Under the pieces are notes generated by a model. It was given only the letters and a program-made list of their open reading frames with translations. It was not told the DNA's origin and did no database searches. DNA of 64,000 bases from contig CM120645.1 in assembly GCA_051362555.1 (NCBI GenBank), forward strand, positions 11,346,001 through 11,410,000. Reading direction: 5' to 3'. Within the stretch, counting starts at the first letter, position 1; every line of letters begins with the position of its first letter. Shown piece after piece: positions 1 to 11,384 of this stretch. Position numbers and translations under genes: made by a program. Source of the DNA: Lingula anatina. Its lineage: Eukaryota > Animalia > Brachiopoda.

Positions 1-60
1 ATCGATGGACCATCTTGATTCAGCTAAACCACATTGATTCCAGTGCTGGTTGAGCAGGTT

Positions 61-205
61 CCGGTGTAACGAAACTGAGGGCCCATGTAACCGAAAGTCC
101 GCCCTCCATATAGTTTTTATGGTTAGGGTTATCCTGACCTAATTGGGTCCAAATCTAGGGCGCGGCTTACCTGTAGAAATGGGGGACTCTGTTACGTTAC
201 ACCGG
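61..205. mobile_element. Short MITE-like non-autonomous DNA element
   Basis: Inverted termini CCGGTGTAACG (61-71) and CGTTACACCGG (195-205); internal GGTTAGGGTTA motif; no coding capacity. Confidence 0.5.
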
Positions 206-1079
206 TGCCCCTGGACCCCTTACCGTAACATTCTCAAAAGATGTCTTCCTTCATTTGCAAAAGGTGACTTCAGGGATACCACAGACTCTACCGTGATAAC
301 GCACATGCACAAGGGCGTTGTCGGGTGAGTGATTAGGTGCAGAAACCACAGCCGTCTTTGGTTATATTGTTATATTGTTCGTTGTTGTGAATCTCCAACC
401 ATTCTGAGAAAACTTTTCCAAGTAGAACAGTTCCGTGAAATCACATTTAATTACTTTTCTATTTTCAGTGCATTTCCAAACTTAAAATTTCGGAAGCAAA
501 CACAAAGGAACATTTATTTTTTATTAATCTGAGCAAGATGCAGCATATACAGGTTTCTGCAACGTCATTTTCTGTAAACGTGGTTGTTAATCGCTATAGT
601 AACGAGCACGATGAGTCCTTTATTGAAAAGATTTATTGTTCACCAACACCACCAAAACACATATGTTCCCTTAGCTGTCTGACTACATTATACACCACCT
701 ACTACTGTAAATGCCACTATAAATGGATAACAGTGGATAATAGAGTGATAAAAAAATAACGTTTTAACCTAGTTTTCACTCTGACCTTGATTAAGCCTTA
801 TATAGCCCTTATATTAAGCGTGAAGGCAAATATCAACGCAATCTGATCTCACCCAAAGCATTCTTGCTCATGTATCCCAATAAGTCAGACGTTGACCATG
901 CAATAACAGGATGAGGAGAATTTGGTTTCCGAAAGTGCAGCTTTAAATACATACTGCTATAATAGTACATAAGGGAGATACCCTAACTCAAGCGGATGGT
1001 TATCATAAGTATGATACCATAGGAGACCAATGTCGATAATGAATATGCAGTGAAATCCAGGGTGGCCAACGCATGCTGC

Positions 1080-1136
1080 TAAATCGCACTTGGTTCTGAA
1101 CATAAGGTGGGCCATTGTCATTCCAGTATGGCCTTA
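1080..1136 (-). pseudogene. Remnant of the 3' end of an NXPE-like gene
   Basis: Reverse strand reads GHTGMTMAHLMFRTKCDL, matching the C-terminus GHTGMTMAHLLFRTMCEM of the 15265-16785 paralog; no recognisable upstream coding similarity. Confidence 0.7.
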
Positions 1137-1592
1137 ACATTACTGTGATTAAACCGGTCTTATTTTTGTGTACACTGGTTAAACATACCGTATAGATCGA
1201 TAGATCGATCGGGAATAAAACAAGTAGATGAAAATAAACTAATTTTTTTAAAATTCCAGCCTTTTCCTAAAAGTGAATGTCTACAGTCTGCTGCTTAACA
1301 GTAAAAGTGTATTGTTTCAAATTCACGTCGATAAAAATACAATCATGGTGAACAACAAGAAATATGGGCTCATCTTTGTTGATTCTTCTATTGCTGTGAT
1401 GAAAACAAAAATACAAGCAATCACGGCCTCGTCCTCGTAGGGTTTTGTCATCATATATATATGCCAACTATCCTAACTTTATGGCCAAACATCAAATACA
1501 TGAACTCAAAAACCGATGGCGACGACAAGCATTTGTTTTTATTAGAGAGATGATGCTATGACATTGGGGTAGTAAGTACCGGTGTGTGTGTG

Positions 1593-3110
1593 TTAATAAT
1601 CACAGATAACTCGAAATAAAAGTTGGGCCATTGTCATTCCAGTATGGCCTGATAAATGTCTTGGGTCGTTCCCTATTGGACATAAATAATGTGCACCGTC
1701 ACACTGGGTCCATTTCATTGGGTTGAGAATATTGAAACCGTCTATTACTTCTACACCATATTTTACCAGCTTCTCTCTGATGATTCCGTTGACCGCTGCA
1801 ACCATGTAATCATTTCCATCCCTTTCGCCATAAACTCTCGGCAGAATATTAAGATATATAAGACGGATGTTTGCAGTGTTGGGGTTTTCCCGCAGAACGC
1901 CTAGGAACTCCACAAAATGGGGAATAACATGTTTTACAAGATTGTAGGCACTCTCGTTTATATTCGCCATATGGTGTATCCCAAATCCCATTAATATAAC
2001 ATCATCTTTGGTGGCAAAATTTTTGTAAAATCGGGAAGAAATTGAACTGATTGCTTTTTCACACTCGGAAGCATAGGCAGTCCAATTGTATATTATATTG
2101 CTCAGACCTACTATCTCCTTTCGGTTCAGGTGCAGTTGCCATGAATTGAAACCCATTTTATTTTCTTTTAACGACGAAACATGCACATATTTGGCCAATA
2201 ACTCGTTCAAGTAATTACTAAGAAATCTAAGGTGTGAATCTCCAAATATTCTGAGAGTACTTTTCCTATTGTAACATTTCCAAAGTTCTGCCTCACTCAT
2301 AAACTCAAAAATGCACCTGTTTTTAGTTCCCCATTTCCACACCCCGTGAATATTCCACCAGCGTCCATCCAGGTATTCCGCAATGCTTGTTTTAGTGCAG
2401 TTTCTTCTTTCTGAGCTATCCATCTCTTCCTTTGACTTGTTGGAGAAAACATAATGAAACAAGTAGATTTTCTTGTGGATTCTACAAGGATACGCTCCAT
2501 CAATTTCATGATGTCTGAACGCTTCAAAGTCCGTGTAATCTAAGTATATTGTGCCCTGTATACTAGAAAGAACATCACAATATGCGACGTAGGTTCCATT
2601 AAAGAAATCTCTCACCGGACACACCATGTATTCATTTCCTATTACCTCAATTCGGAAATTACTTCCGCCGGACGACAACGAGCCGTTTTTCGCTGAAACC
2701 TCTTTTCTCTCTTCTATAAAAATATGCAACATGTGAGTGTTAGATAATACCACGTTGACCTTATAATTGTAACTTGCATTTCTGTTTATGAAACAACGTG
2801 TACTTGTAATATCGGCCTGAGGGCTATAAGCATGAGGAATGTAACGCGACCAGGCAAGTTCTAGTTGTTCCCTTTCAGGAAAACCATTTTTAACCCACTC
2901 GTGTTCATCATCTCGATTTCCATGGATCTTGTCCCGGTCGGATTCCTTTGTTGTCTTAAAAGGCGGAGGCTTTTGCAATAAACTCTGGATAGCTATACTT
3001 CTATTGGGAGGTTCCAACCAAATCGAGACAGCACATGTATATATCAAAATGCCAATGATTGTTAAACACATTCCATGGAAGATACCATGGGTTAAAACAC
3101 ATATTCCCAT
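1593..3110 (-). CDS. NXPE-like (neurexophilin/PC-esterase, SGNH-like) protein, copy A1; putative glycan O-acetyltransferase/esterase
   Basis: 505-aa single-exon ORF. N-terminal signal-anchor (LTIIGILIYTCAVSIW), NXPE-type Ig-like motif VRDFFNGTYVAYC, catalytic-type FGDSHLR and C-terminal CDGAH (DxxH). Confidence 0.85.
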   Translation of the reverse strand: MGICVLTHGIFHGMCLTIIGILIYTCAVSIWLEPPNRSIAIQSLLQKPPPFKTTKESDRDKIHGNRDDEHEWVKNGFPEREQLELAWSRYIPHAYSPQADITSTRCFINRNASYNYKVNVVLSNTHMLHIFIEERKEVSAKNGSLSSGGSNFRIEVIGNEYMVCPVRDFFNGTYVAYCDVLSSIQGTIYLDYTDFEAFRHHEIDGAYPCRIHKKIYLFHYVFSNKSKEEMDSSERRNCTKTSIAEYLDGRWWNIHGVWKWGTKNRCIFEFMSEAELWKCYNRKSTLRIFGDSHLRFLSNYLNELLAKYVHVSSLKENKMGFNSWQLHLNRKEIVGLSNIIYNWTAYASECEKAISSISSRFYKNFATKDDVILMGFGIHHMANINESAYNLVKHVIPHFVEFLGVLRENPNTANIRLIYLNILPRVYGERDGNDYMVAAVNGIIREKLVKYGVEVIDGFNILNPMKWTQCDGAHYLCPIGNDPRHLSGHTGMTMAQLLFRVICDY

Positions 3111-3747
3111 TTTCTAAGTATTACGGCAGTCAATGTATTCTCTTGTATTGAAACTCCCCTGTCGTCAGTGTCTTTTGAATGTTCTTTTTTCACTTTGTTT
3201 TGTCTTGATCACCCTACGCAGCAAAAACACGTCCTCCCGGCATACACGAGTCAAACCTATCACACGTGTTTGTTTGTGCTCACCTGAATAAAGTGTCAAT
3301 GACTGATACTGAAGGTAATGAGCACGCAAGATATCTCATTCAGCTCTGTCAGTATTTGTTACAGAGATATCCCCAGTAGATCATTCTTAAACCACGGCTA
3401 GCGTGCAGAACAAAAGACTCAGTCGTGATTATTCGACCTACAAGCACGTCATGTACGAATGCGTTCCACGCCTTGCTGCACTAACTTCACCTCCTTGTAC
3501 CATTGATTTCTTTTGTTCTCTTCATCCATGCTAAGCTGCATTTTTCTTTTTACGATGTACACTTTTCAACGAGCTAGCCGTTTTTCTCTTTTCTGTTCTC
3601 AATGAGCACAGGGTCATTTGCAAAACATAGATCTGACATTCGCTTCCCTCTGATTGTTACTGTAGGTTCCTCATTGTCCTCTCTTTATTACTGTTCCGTG
3701 GTACGCTATATAGGTGAGGAGAAAGGGTGCATCCTTGTTTGATACCT

Positions 3748-4053
3748 TTATAGGATTTCACGACCCTGAACTGTCCACTCATAATGTCTAAGGGACCCAC
3801 CACTCCGAAATCCCATTATTTTAGATTTGTCCAAATTTACATTTATTCCTGTTTCCACGGTAAAGTCACGAACTGCATAGATTTGGTTCTGCAATGTAAC
3901 AGCCGTTTCCGATGCTGCGGCTACGTCATCAGCAAACCAAATTGCATAAAGGTCACAGATATCTTCTCTAATGAAAATGCTACAGCCGCAATTTTGTTTC
4001 ATATATTTTACCAAGTCATTAATAAACAATGAAATATATTGGTGGATCTGCAT
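3748..4053 (-). mobile_element. Degenerate non-LTR retrotransposon (LINE) reverse transcriptase fragment
   Basis: Translation LFINDL...WFADDVAAASETAVTLQNQI...GINVNLDKSKIMGF contains the RT (Y/F)ADD motif and a downstream NxxKSK motif; truncated at both ends. Confidence 0.8.
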
Positions 4054-5544
4054 TTCTCAGACCTCACACTTGCTGGCGGATTTAATGTAGAGTCGTCATC
4101 TTGTGAGGATCTTTGGATCTGGGTGACAACTTCCCCGGATGATAATACTCCATATGACCTTCTTGGGGGGAGTAGGGTGGTCTCGACGCCAGATGGAGAC
4201 TTGCTTTTTTGTATTTTATTAGTTGTTTGTATTTGATTGATGAGAGTTAGTTGTAGGCAGGCAGTAGGTTCCACTCAGTTGGTTGTCATTACCGTCTGTC
4301 ACCAGCTAATTTAGAGACCGGCCATTATTTGAGTTGGAGTGGGTGGGGGTGGAGGAAAAAATTAGGGTGGGGGTAAAATTTTTAGGCACAAATTAGGGGG
4401 TTCTTGAAATTTGAACGTAACAGAAAAGGGGGGTGTTGAAAAAAGTTAATTGGCTATATAAATATGAATTCAAGTATTTCCATCTCTCAATGTATTTTCT
4501 TTTATTTGCTATTAAAATTTGCAAAATAAAGAGACGTTTTTCACACCTTGTCATCATGCATAATAGCTTTTCCAAGACAGCTGACTACCGAGGTTGAATA
4601 GGCTGGGACAGTGAATATGGTTACTTTCTGCGGTATTGATTTAGGCTTTCTTTATATCAATTTATGTCTTAAAAGTTTTCATTGCCCACAGGTAGGTTCA
4701 ACAAGAAGCGATTTATTCTCAAAATCTTGGTGTCTGTCCCTTTAAGCACTATATGGTTTGGGATGTCGGGTATTGACCTGTTTTATTGCATCTTTTATGA
4801 TTAACATACCATTGTTCATAAAAAGTATCATTTCTCACTAGAATACACGTATGTAAAAAATATCAGCAAATCTTCTTTGATTAAATTTTATTATATTTTT
4901 CGACTTTCTTTCATGCTACTTGTTTTCTTTTATAAAAATGAATGGAATAGATTATGTAGTATTTATTATCTACAGTTAAATCATGTCTTGTTAAAAAGTG
5001 ACTACATTGAAGAGTAAAATTAACAATTGTTACATACATTTTTTGTACATCCAATTTTCAATAACGTACCCCATGAGTGTAGTGTTTTTAGCATAATTTT
5101 TATCACGTAGTGAAAAATAATGATAAATGTTTCGTTTATTTTTTTAAATTTGGGGTGGCGGCGGACTTGTTATACGTGTGCAACATAATAGTGTATAAAT
5201 CATTGTTCTTCTTCTTCGGGTTCCATGTCAGGGAGTGACGTCGGCTACCATCTCTCTGAAACCAATCATTGTTACACTTTCTTTAAGTTATAATTTATGA
5301 ATGATTTACTTCCCCTAAAATGCACCCATTTAAGCTACAGAGTGTTACATAACATAAAGATGAACTTCAATTGTGCAAAACTGAAGCATTGGATTAAAAC
5401 AGCGAACTAACTTTTTTACTCTGGAAATACCTAGAAATAAAAATTGTAGACATCAAGGATTAAGAAACAGTTTCCCATTGTTTGTTAAGGGGTTGCACGT
5501 GCACCCCTTGTTCCCACTAGACTATTCCGGGCGTCTACATCATG

Positions 5545-7074
5545 CTACAATCCGCACATAATCCTGAACAAAAGGTGGGCCATTGTCATTCCTGTATGGC
5601 CTTTATACTTGCGTGGGTCATCACTCCTTACGGGACATAGAAAATGTCCTCCGTCACAATTTGTCCACTTCATTGGACTGAGGATATTAAAACCATCTAT
5701 TATTTCTACGCCGTATTTTTCCAGTTTATCTTTGGTGATTTCATTGACCGCCGCAATCAGGTAATCATTCCCATCCTTTAGAACTTTACATCTCGGCAGA
5801 ATATTTAGATATATTAGACGGGTCTTTGCCGTGTTGGGGTTTCCACGCACACCTCTTAAGAAGTTCACAAAACGAGGAAAAGCATGTTTTACAAATTTAT
5901 AGGCACTCTGGTTAGCATTCTCTAATTCGTGAATCCCGAACCCCATCAGAACTACATCGTCTTTGGTGGCAGGAGTTTTCTCAAACCGAGAGGAAATTGA
6001 TTTGATTTCATTTTCGCAATGGGCAGCATGGGGAGTCCATTTAAATACTATTTTGCTTAAACCTACAATCTGCTTTCGGTTTTCTTCAGTGGAATTTTGA
6101 CCAGTATCTATAAGCAATGAATACGGTGGAATCTGCCAATATTTCGACAACAGTTGACTCAAGTAATTACTGGTATATCTAAGGTGTGAATCTCCAAAGA
6201 TTCTGAAAGTAGTTTTCCTATTGTAACATTTCCAAAGGTCTGCCTCACTCATAAACTCAAAAATGCACCTGTTTTTAGTTCCCCATTTCCACTGTCCTCG
6301 AATATTCCACCAGCGTCCATTCAGGTAATCCTCAATGTTTGTTTTATTACAGTTTTTCCTCCCTGTGCTCGCCATCTCTTTCTCTGACTTGTTGGAGAAA
6401 ACATGATGAAACGAGTAAATTTTTTTGTGGATTCTACATGGATATACTCCATTAATTTCGTGGTGTCTGAACGCTTCAAAGTCCGTGTAGTCTAAATATA
6501 CTGTACCCTGTATACTATACTGAATATCACAATATGCGACGTAGGTTCCATTAAAGAAATCTCTAACAGGACAAACCATGGATTCGTTTCCTGTCACCTC
6601 AATTCGGAAATTACTTCCCCCGGCCGACAACACAGTCTTTCCTGTCGAGTCCTCTTTTCTTTCTCCTATAATGATGTGCATAATATGAGAGTTAGACATT
6701 ACCACGTTAGTCCTGAAGTTATATTTGAATTTTTTGCTTGTGAAGCAGCTTTTACTTTTGTCATTAGGGTTAAAACTCGACCAGGCACGTTTTAGTTGTT
6801 CCTTTTCTGCGATACCATTTCTAATCCAGCCGTTGTCATCCGTGAGATCATTCTCTCGATACTCATGGATCATTTCACCTTTGAACTGACTCCTGCCAGG
6901 TTCTATTTTACTCCAAAAAGGTGGAGGTTTTTGCAATACGCGGTTAATACTTCTATTCCTATATTCCATCCAAATCCAGCCGGTGTATATCACAATGCCA
7001 ACGATTACAAGACTTATACCATAATACGTGTGGCGAGTACAAACAAATATGCCCATTTTTTTACAATATAGCAT
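5545..7074 (-). CDS. NXPE-like PC-esterase family protein, copy B1
   Basis: 509-aa single-exon ORF with TM (YYGISLVIVGIVIYTGWIWM), DFFNGTY, FGDSHLR and CDGGH motifs; paralogous to the other three copies. Confidence 0.85.
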   Translation of the reverse strand: MLYCKKMGIFVCTRHTYYGISLVIVGIVIYTGWIWMEYRNRSINRVLQKPPPFWSKIEPGRSQFKGEMIHEYRENDLTDDNGWIRNGIAEKEQLKRAWSSFNPNDKSKSCFTSKKFKYNFRTNVVMSNSHIMHIIIGERKEDSTGKTVLSAGGSNFRIEVTGNESMVCPVRDFFNGTYVAYCDIQYSIQGTVYLDYTDFEAFRHHEINGVYPCRIHKKIYSFHHVFSNKSEKEMASTGRKNCNKTNIEDYLNGRWWNIRGQWKWGTKNRCIFEFMSEADLWKCYNRKTTFRIFGDSHLRYTSNYLSQLLSKYWQIPPYSLLIDTGQNSTEENRKQIVGLSKIVFKWTPHAAHCENEIKSISSRFEKTPATKDDVVLMGFGIHELENANQSAYKFVKHAFPRFVNFLRGVRGNPNTAKTRLIYLNILPRCKVLKDGNDYLIAAVNEITKDKLEKYGVEIIDGFNILSPMKWTNCDGGHFLCPVRSDDPRKYKGHTGMTMAHLLFRIMCGL

Positions 7075-7548
7075 AAAATAATTTTGTCAATTCTTGTGCA
7101 GTGTACCCCCTTTCACTTGAAGCATTCCTGTACTGCTGCTATCTTTGAACGTCTTTTTACCCTGCCTTATTCTATGTGCAAACCCTCTCGGCATACAATA
7201 TTAATAACTATCATTTGCGCCTCATATGTGATGATCTGAGTGATTCAGCAAAAGAGTTTGTTGCCCCTAGAATTTCGCTTATATGAATAATATATTAACT
7301 ATATAGTAAAAGGAAATCACCCGAAGTCTCCATTTCCCGTTTTTCTCCCAAAGTACAACGATCTGATGACAACTGACAGGTGTTAGCAATACCTCAGGGC
7401 AGTGGGAAGAGAGTGATAGTAGTTTGAATGTGATTATACCTGTTCAAAGTATATTTTGAAGGCATTTTCTAGCTTTCGGCAATTTCCGTAAAGCTTCGGC
7501 ATGTGTGACGGGTATCATATACTGTCAATTACATTACATCGGTTAGCA

Positions 7549-7622
7549 GCATTCAGTGACTCGGTGGCAAACGTCTATGGCTGCCAAACATGGTAGAATG
7601 GGTTCGAATACCACTTAGGCCC
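7549..7622 (+). pseudogene. tRNA-Gly(GCC)-like degenerate sequence / tRNA-derived SINE head
   Basis: GCATTCAGTGACTCGGTGG (A-box-like), anticodon-like loop CTGCCAA, B-box GGTTCGAATAC; acceptor stem does not pair. Lies within a ~500-bp segment absent at the equivalent position upstream of B2. Confidence 0.45.
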
Positions 7623-8000
7623 GTCTTTTTTTCTTTCTAATTATTATTTTATTATTATTACAGAATATAGTATATAAAGAGATTCTATAAATCGTGTATA
7701 CTAATATCTTATCATGGTTCAATGGTTGATGTGACGGGTATCAACTACTAGTTATATATTATATTATAATCTCGCTTATATGTTGCTCATTGTGACCTAG
7801 TGCACTGCACGTTATAATCGAGCTAGATACATGGCGCGTGATATACCCCCATCAGCAAAGTGTTCAAACGTTGTTATTCAAACAGATCCTTAACATTGTG
7901 TTAATAATTTAATGATATTGGTAAAACCGACACGCGAGAAGTTGCGCCGGAGATAAACAATTAAAAGAGAAAAATTTTCAGAGAAGCTTTAAGAGAAATG

Positions 8001-8211
8001 GAATACAAGGAATACCAGAACAGGCGCTGGTGGAAAATTGAAGGAATATGGAAATGGGGAAAACATAAAGCTAGATGCAAAATTTTGTTTATATGAAATA
8101 ATCATGTAAAAGAATAAGAATTACAGAAAAGCTTAAAGATAGGTAGACTGCAAGGAATATCGGAATAGGCGCTGGTGGAAAACTAAAAGAAGTTGGAAAT
8201 GGGGAAGATAA
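8001..8211 (+). pseudogene. Two tandem degenerate NXPE-like fragments in inverted orientation
   Basis: Plus strand reads EYKEYQNRRWWKIEGIWKWGKHKARCKILFI* (~8001-8096) and DCKEYRNRRWWKTKRSWKWGR* (~8146-8211), versus AEYLDGRWWNIHGVWKWGTKNRCIFEF in the intact genes. Confidence 0.6.

Positions 8212-8213
<2 letters not shown>

Positions 8214-8266
<53 letters not shown>
8214..8266. repeat. (TA)n microsatellite
   Basis: Perfect TA dinucleotide run. Confidence 0.95.
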
Positions 8267-8267
<1 letters not shown>

Positions 8268-8900
8268 CTGGGAGAAGATGGGTTAATGTGGAGTAAAAAT
8301 AATTTTCAACTTGATGAGAGGGTCCCATTGTGACAAAGCACGTTTTCTATGGGAATGGAAAGGTAAACGATACTAGGTCTCGTAAAATGATAACGAAAGT
8401 TAATTCAAAGTATTTACTTTGATTCTATAGATTATCAAAAGAACGTTTTATCTGTCAAAAATATCATACAAGTAGATATATTGTTGATCTTCTAATTATT
8501 AGACAATGATGTAAATATCGATAGCTATTCATCTTAATGATGTGTTGTTCAACACATCATCATATACATCAAACGCAACTACTGTACAAAACTGTAAAAA
8601 TATTGTGTTTAATTTTGGACATACATATTAGCCTACATTGGCACTACATTAGGATTTGGTTAAAAAACATGAAACAATAAAAAATAAAAGTAATCTTGCT
8701 TCAACGTAATCTTATAATCACCAGTATTTTTTGTATTCTACACGGTATACTCAACACCAGGAGGAAGTGTGTTCATCTGTTAAACTCATTGCTTTCAGCG
8801 AGAGTCCCATGGAGCCGGATTGATCTACGCAGACTGACAGCTTCACTGAGAACGAGCCCTAATCCTTTAGCATAATCAAGAAAACTGTTGAATAGGGGAT

Positions 8901-9315
8901 ACCGGAGGAGACAGGATTGTGCCGGAAGTCTGACGTCATGTAACGTCAGTTGGTGTAAGACGCAAAGCTGAGTGAATGTCAGAAGGTCACCTGTCAGAAT
9001 GTCACATTTGTCATGGCATTTGTCAGTGATTAGTGCCTACCCCGGTGTAATAGGTGTATAAGCGTGGTCATATATGTGGAATTTCATGTCAGCTGGGCAT
9101 ATAATCATCTAAAAACTCGTCGCAATCTTTTAAAAAAGATAAATCATTGTTCAGTGCAATTCAGTTGTCAGTTACAAACAACTTCTTGGCTTTCACAAGG
9201 TCCTTCCAAGACTCTTAAACATCGTTATAATTGCAGAACATACCATAAAACGCCCAAATTGATTAGATAGAGCATACCGAAGGAGACAGGATTGTGCCGG
9301 AAGTGTCAATTGGTG

Positions 9316-9318
<3 letters not shown>
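8901..9318. repeat. Short direct repeat pair
   Basis: ACCG(G/A)AGGAGACAGGATTGTGCCGGAAGT at ~8901 and ~9276, each followed by GTCA(G/A)TTGGTGTAA. Confidence 0.6.

Positions 9319-9390
<72 letters not shown>
9318..9390. repeat. (TA)n microsatellite, left flank of Tc1 element
   Basis: Perfect TA run abutting the left TIR. Confidence 0.95.
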
Positions 9391-9391
<1 letters not shown>

Positions 9392-10701
9392 TCTGATGCT
9401 CATAAGTTAAGCAACACTTTCTTATTTCTCGAATTTCTCAGCAACCAAAATTTTTATTGAGGCAAAATTTGTACAATAGTTAGATATTTCTCTTGTTATT
9501 ACTTTGACTTACTGGACCGTGACATTAGAGTACTATTTACTGTTGGACACGATAGAATATGCTAAGGGGGTGCCACTTGCGAAAAACACAGTTTAGCCAT
9601 GCCATGAGGAGCTTCCAGTTTGGCTAGTTTTATGGGCACAATTTGTTATTTTGGACCAACCAATGGTTAGTAGAGGACCCAGCGAGGTAATCAGATGGCA
9701 AATAATGGGAAGCTATAATGCTGGGGTGCCAAAGAGACAGATTGCAAGGCAACAAAAAAGCAGCACCAAGCCAAGTGTCCAAGCTGGTAGCAAAATGGCG
9801 CCAAACCCATCATGTATTGGACAAGCCTCTTTCTGGTAGACCAATATTAACCGACGCAAGAGATGAAGACATCTGGTTCGATTATGCCACCAGGACCAGT
9901 TCATTTCAGCCAAACAATGAAAAATTGCCACCATACGTCATTCAAGGGAGGCGCCCTGGTCAACAATACAGAGACGAAATACCATTGGGGTGCATACAAT
10001 CACACATTCAAGCAAATCCAGAAAGAAAAATCAATTTGGTGCAGGACAATGCACATCCAGAAAGCATGGTACGTGCAAGACGCGCTGCAACAGCGCGGTA
10101 TCCCACATTTGGATTGGCCTGCATATTTACCAATTCTCAATGTAATCGAGCATGCTTAGGATATGATTGACAGGGCAATAAATGAGAGACAACCTCCAGT
10201 TAGAAACATTAGAGAGGTCCAACCGGCAGTAAATAAAGAATGGAACCGGCTCTCAAAGCAAGATTGGCAGAATTTAGTGGCAAGTTGCAGGAGACAATGT
10301 GAAGCTGTTGTTCAAAATCAGGGAAAGCACACCCAATATTTATTGCATAATAGACGATTAATCATCTATTATCCACTGTCTTCTTTTATTAAAACTAATT
10401 CTTAGATGATCGAACTTTATTTTTTCATAATAAGCTGTTTTAATCAGCACGTACTTTTTGCTGTGTGAGCATACTTTTTTGACACATGGTTTGGCATATT
10501 TTAGTACCGTTTGGTTAATAAAATCATTTTGATTATTACAATAAGCTGTGTGGTGTATTTCTTTAACCGAAATATTCAATTTGAATAAGTTATTTATAAA
10601 ATATGAAAGAAATATGCATAATCCCACCAACAAATGAAATAATGATCATGATAGAAGAAACTTTTGAAAAAATCGGGGTGTTGCTTAACTTATGAGCATC
10701 A

Positions 10702-10704
<3 letters not shown>
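9391..10704 (+). mobile_element. Tc1/mariner DNA transposon with degenerate transposase
   Basis: 27-bp TIRs CTCTGATGCTCATAAGTTAAGCAACAC (9391-9417) and GTGTTGCTTAACTTATGAGCATCAGTG (10678-10704), one mismatch; flanked by (TA)n on both sides. Frameshifted transposase pieces: HTH-like KRQIARQ, SGRP, QDNAHP and WPAYLPILNVIEHA* (Tc1 WPxxSPDLNPIEH motif). Confidence 0.9.

Positions 10705-10770
<66 letters not shown>
10705..10770. repeat. (TA)n microsatellite, right flank of Tc1 element
   Basis: Perfect TA run abutting the right TIR. Confidence 0.95.
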
Positions 10771-10773
<3 letters not shown>

Positions 10774-11384
10774 CAGCTGGAAATAATATATCATTCCAGC
10801 AGAATATTACATGAAATTAGATCAAATTCACAGAAGTTTTTAAGATTTTCTCGGTCTCAGAAATTTCAATTTTTAACCCAGAGTAGAAGAGTTTAAGTTT
10901 ATTTATTTCAGTTTAACATGAAATACATACTGTTATAAGAGTGATACCCAGCTAACACAAAAAAGTTAAAATGTTAAAACGTTTCCAGAGTACGTTTCAG
11001 AAAAGTTAATTTGTCAATTCTTTTAACGTTTTAAAAAGAGATAATGAAAATATTTTTGATAACAAATCAAAACCGTTTACCTACCCCATTTTACTAAGAC
11101 AGGATTTAATGTTACGCACTTTCCTGTATAAATCATTGCTACACCTCTTTAAATTGTAAATTATGAATGATTTACTTGTTCCAACCCCATTTTTAAATGC
11201 GCCCATTTAAGCTACAGGGTGTTACCATACACGGATTTCCAAGGAGCATATTTAACCTTGGAAATACCTACAAATAAAAATTGTGCACATCAAGGATTAA
11301 GAAATTATAGTTTCCCATTGTTTGTTAAGGTGTTGCACCTGGACCCTTTGTTCACACTACACTATTCTGAGCGTCTAACACATA

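Noticed and set aside
1689-1904. Plus-strand ORFs recurring inside NXPE-like genes (also 6796-7071, 11481-11705, 16525-17004)
   Set aside because: Antisense shadows of paralogous coding sequence with no independent evidence.
4008-4274. ORFs next to the RT fragment, duplicated at ~13462-13781
   Set aside because: Frames are not preserved between copies and there is no recognisable motif; treated as duplicated non-coding or TE-derived DNA.
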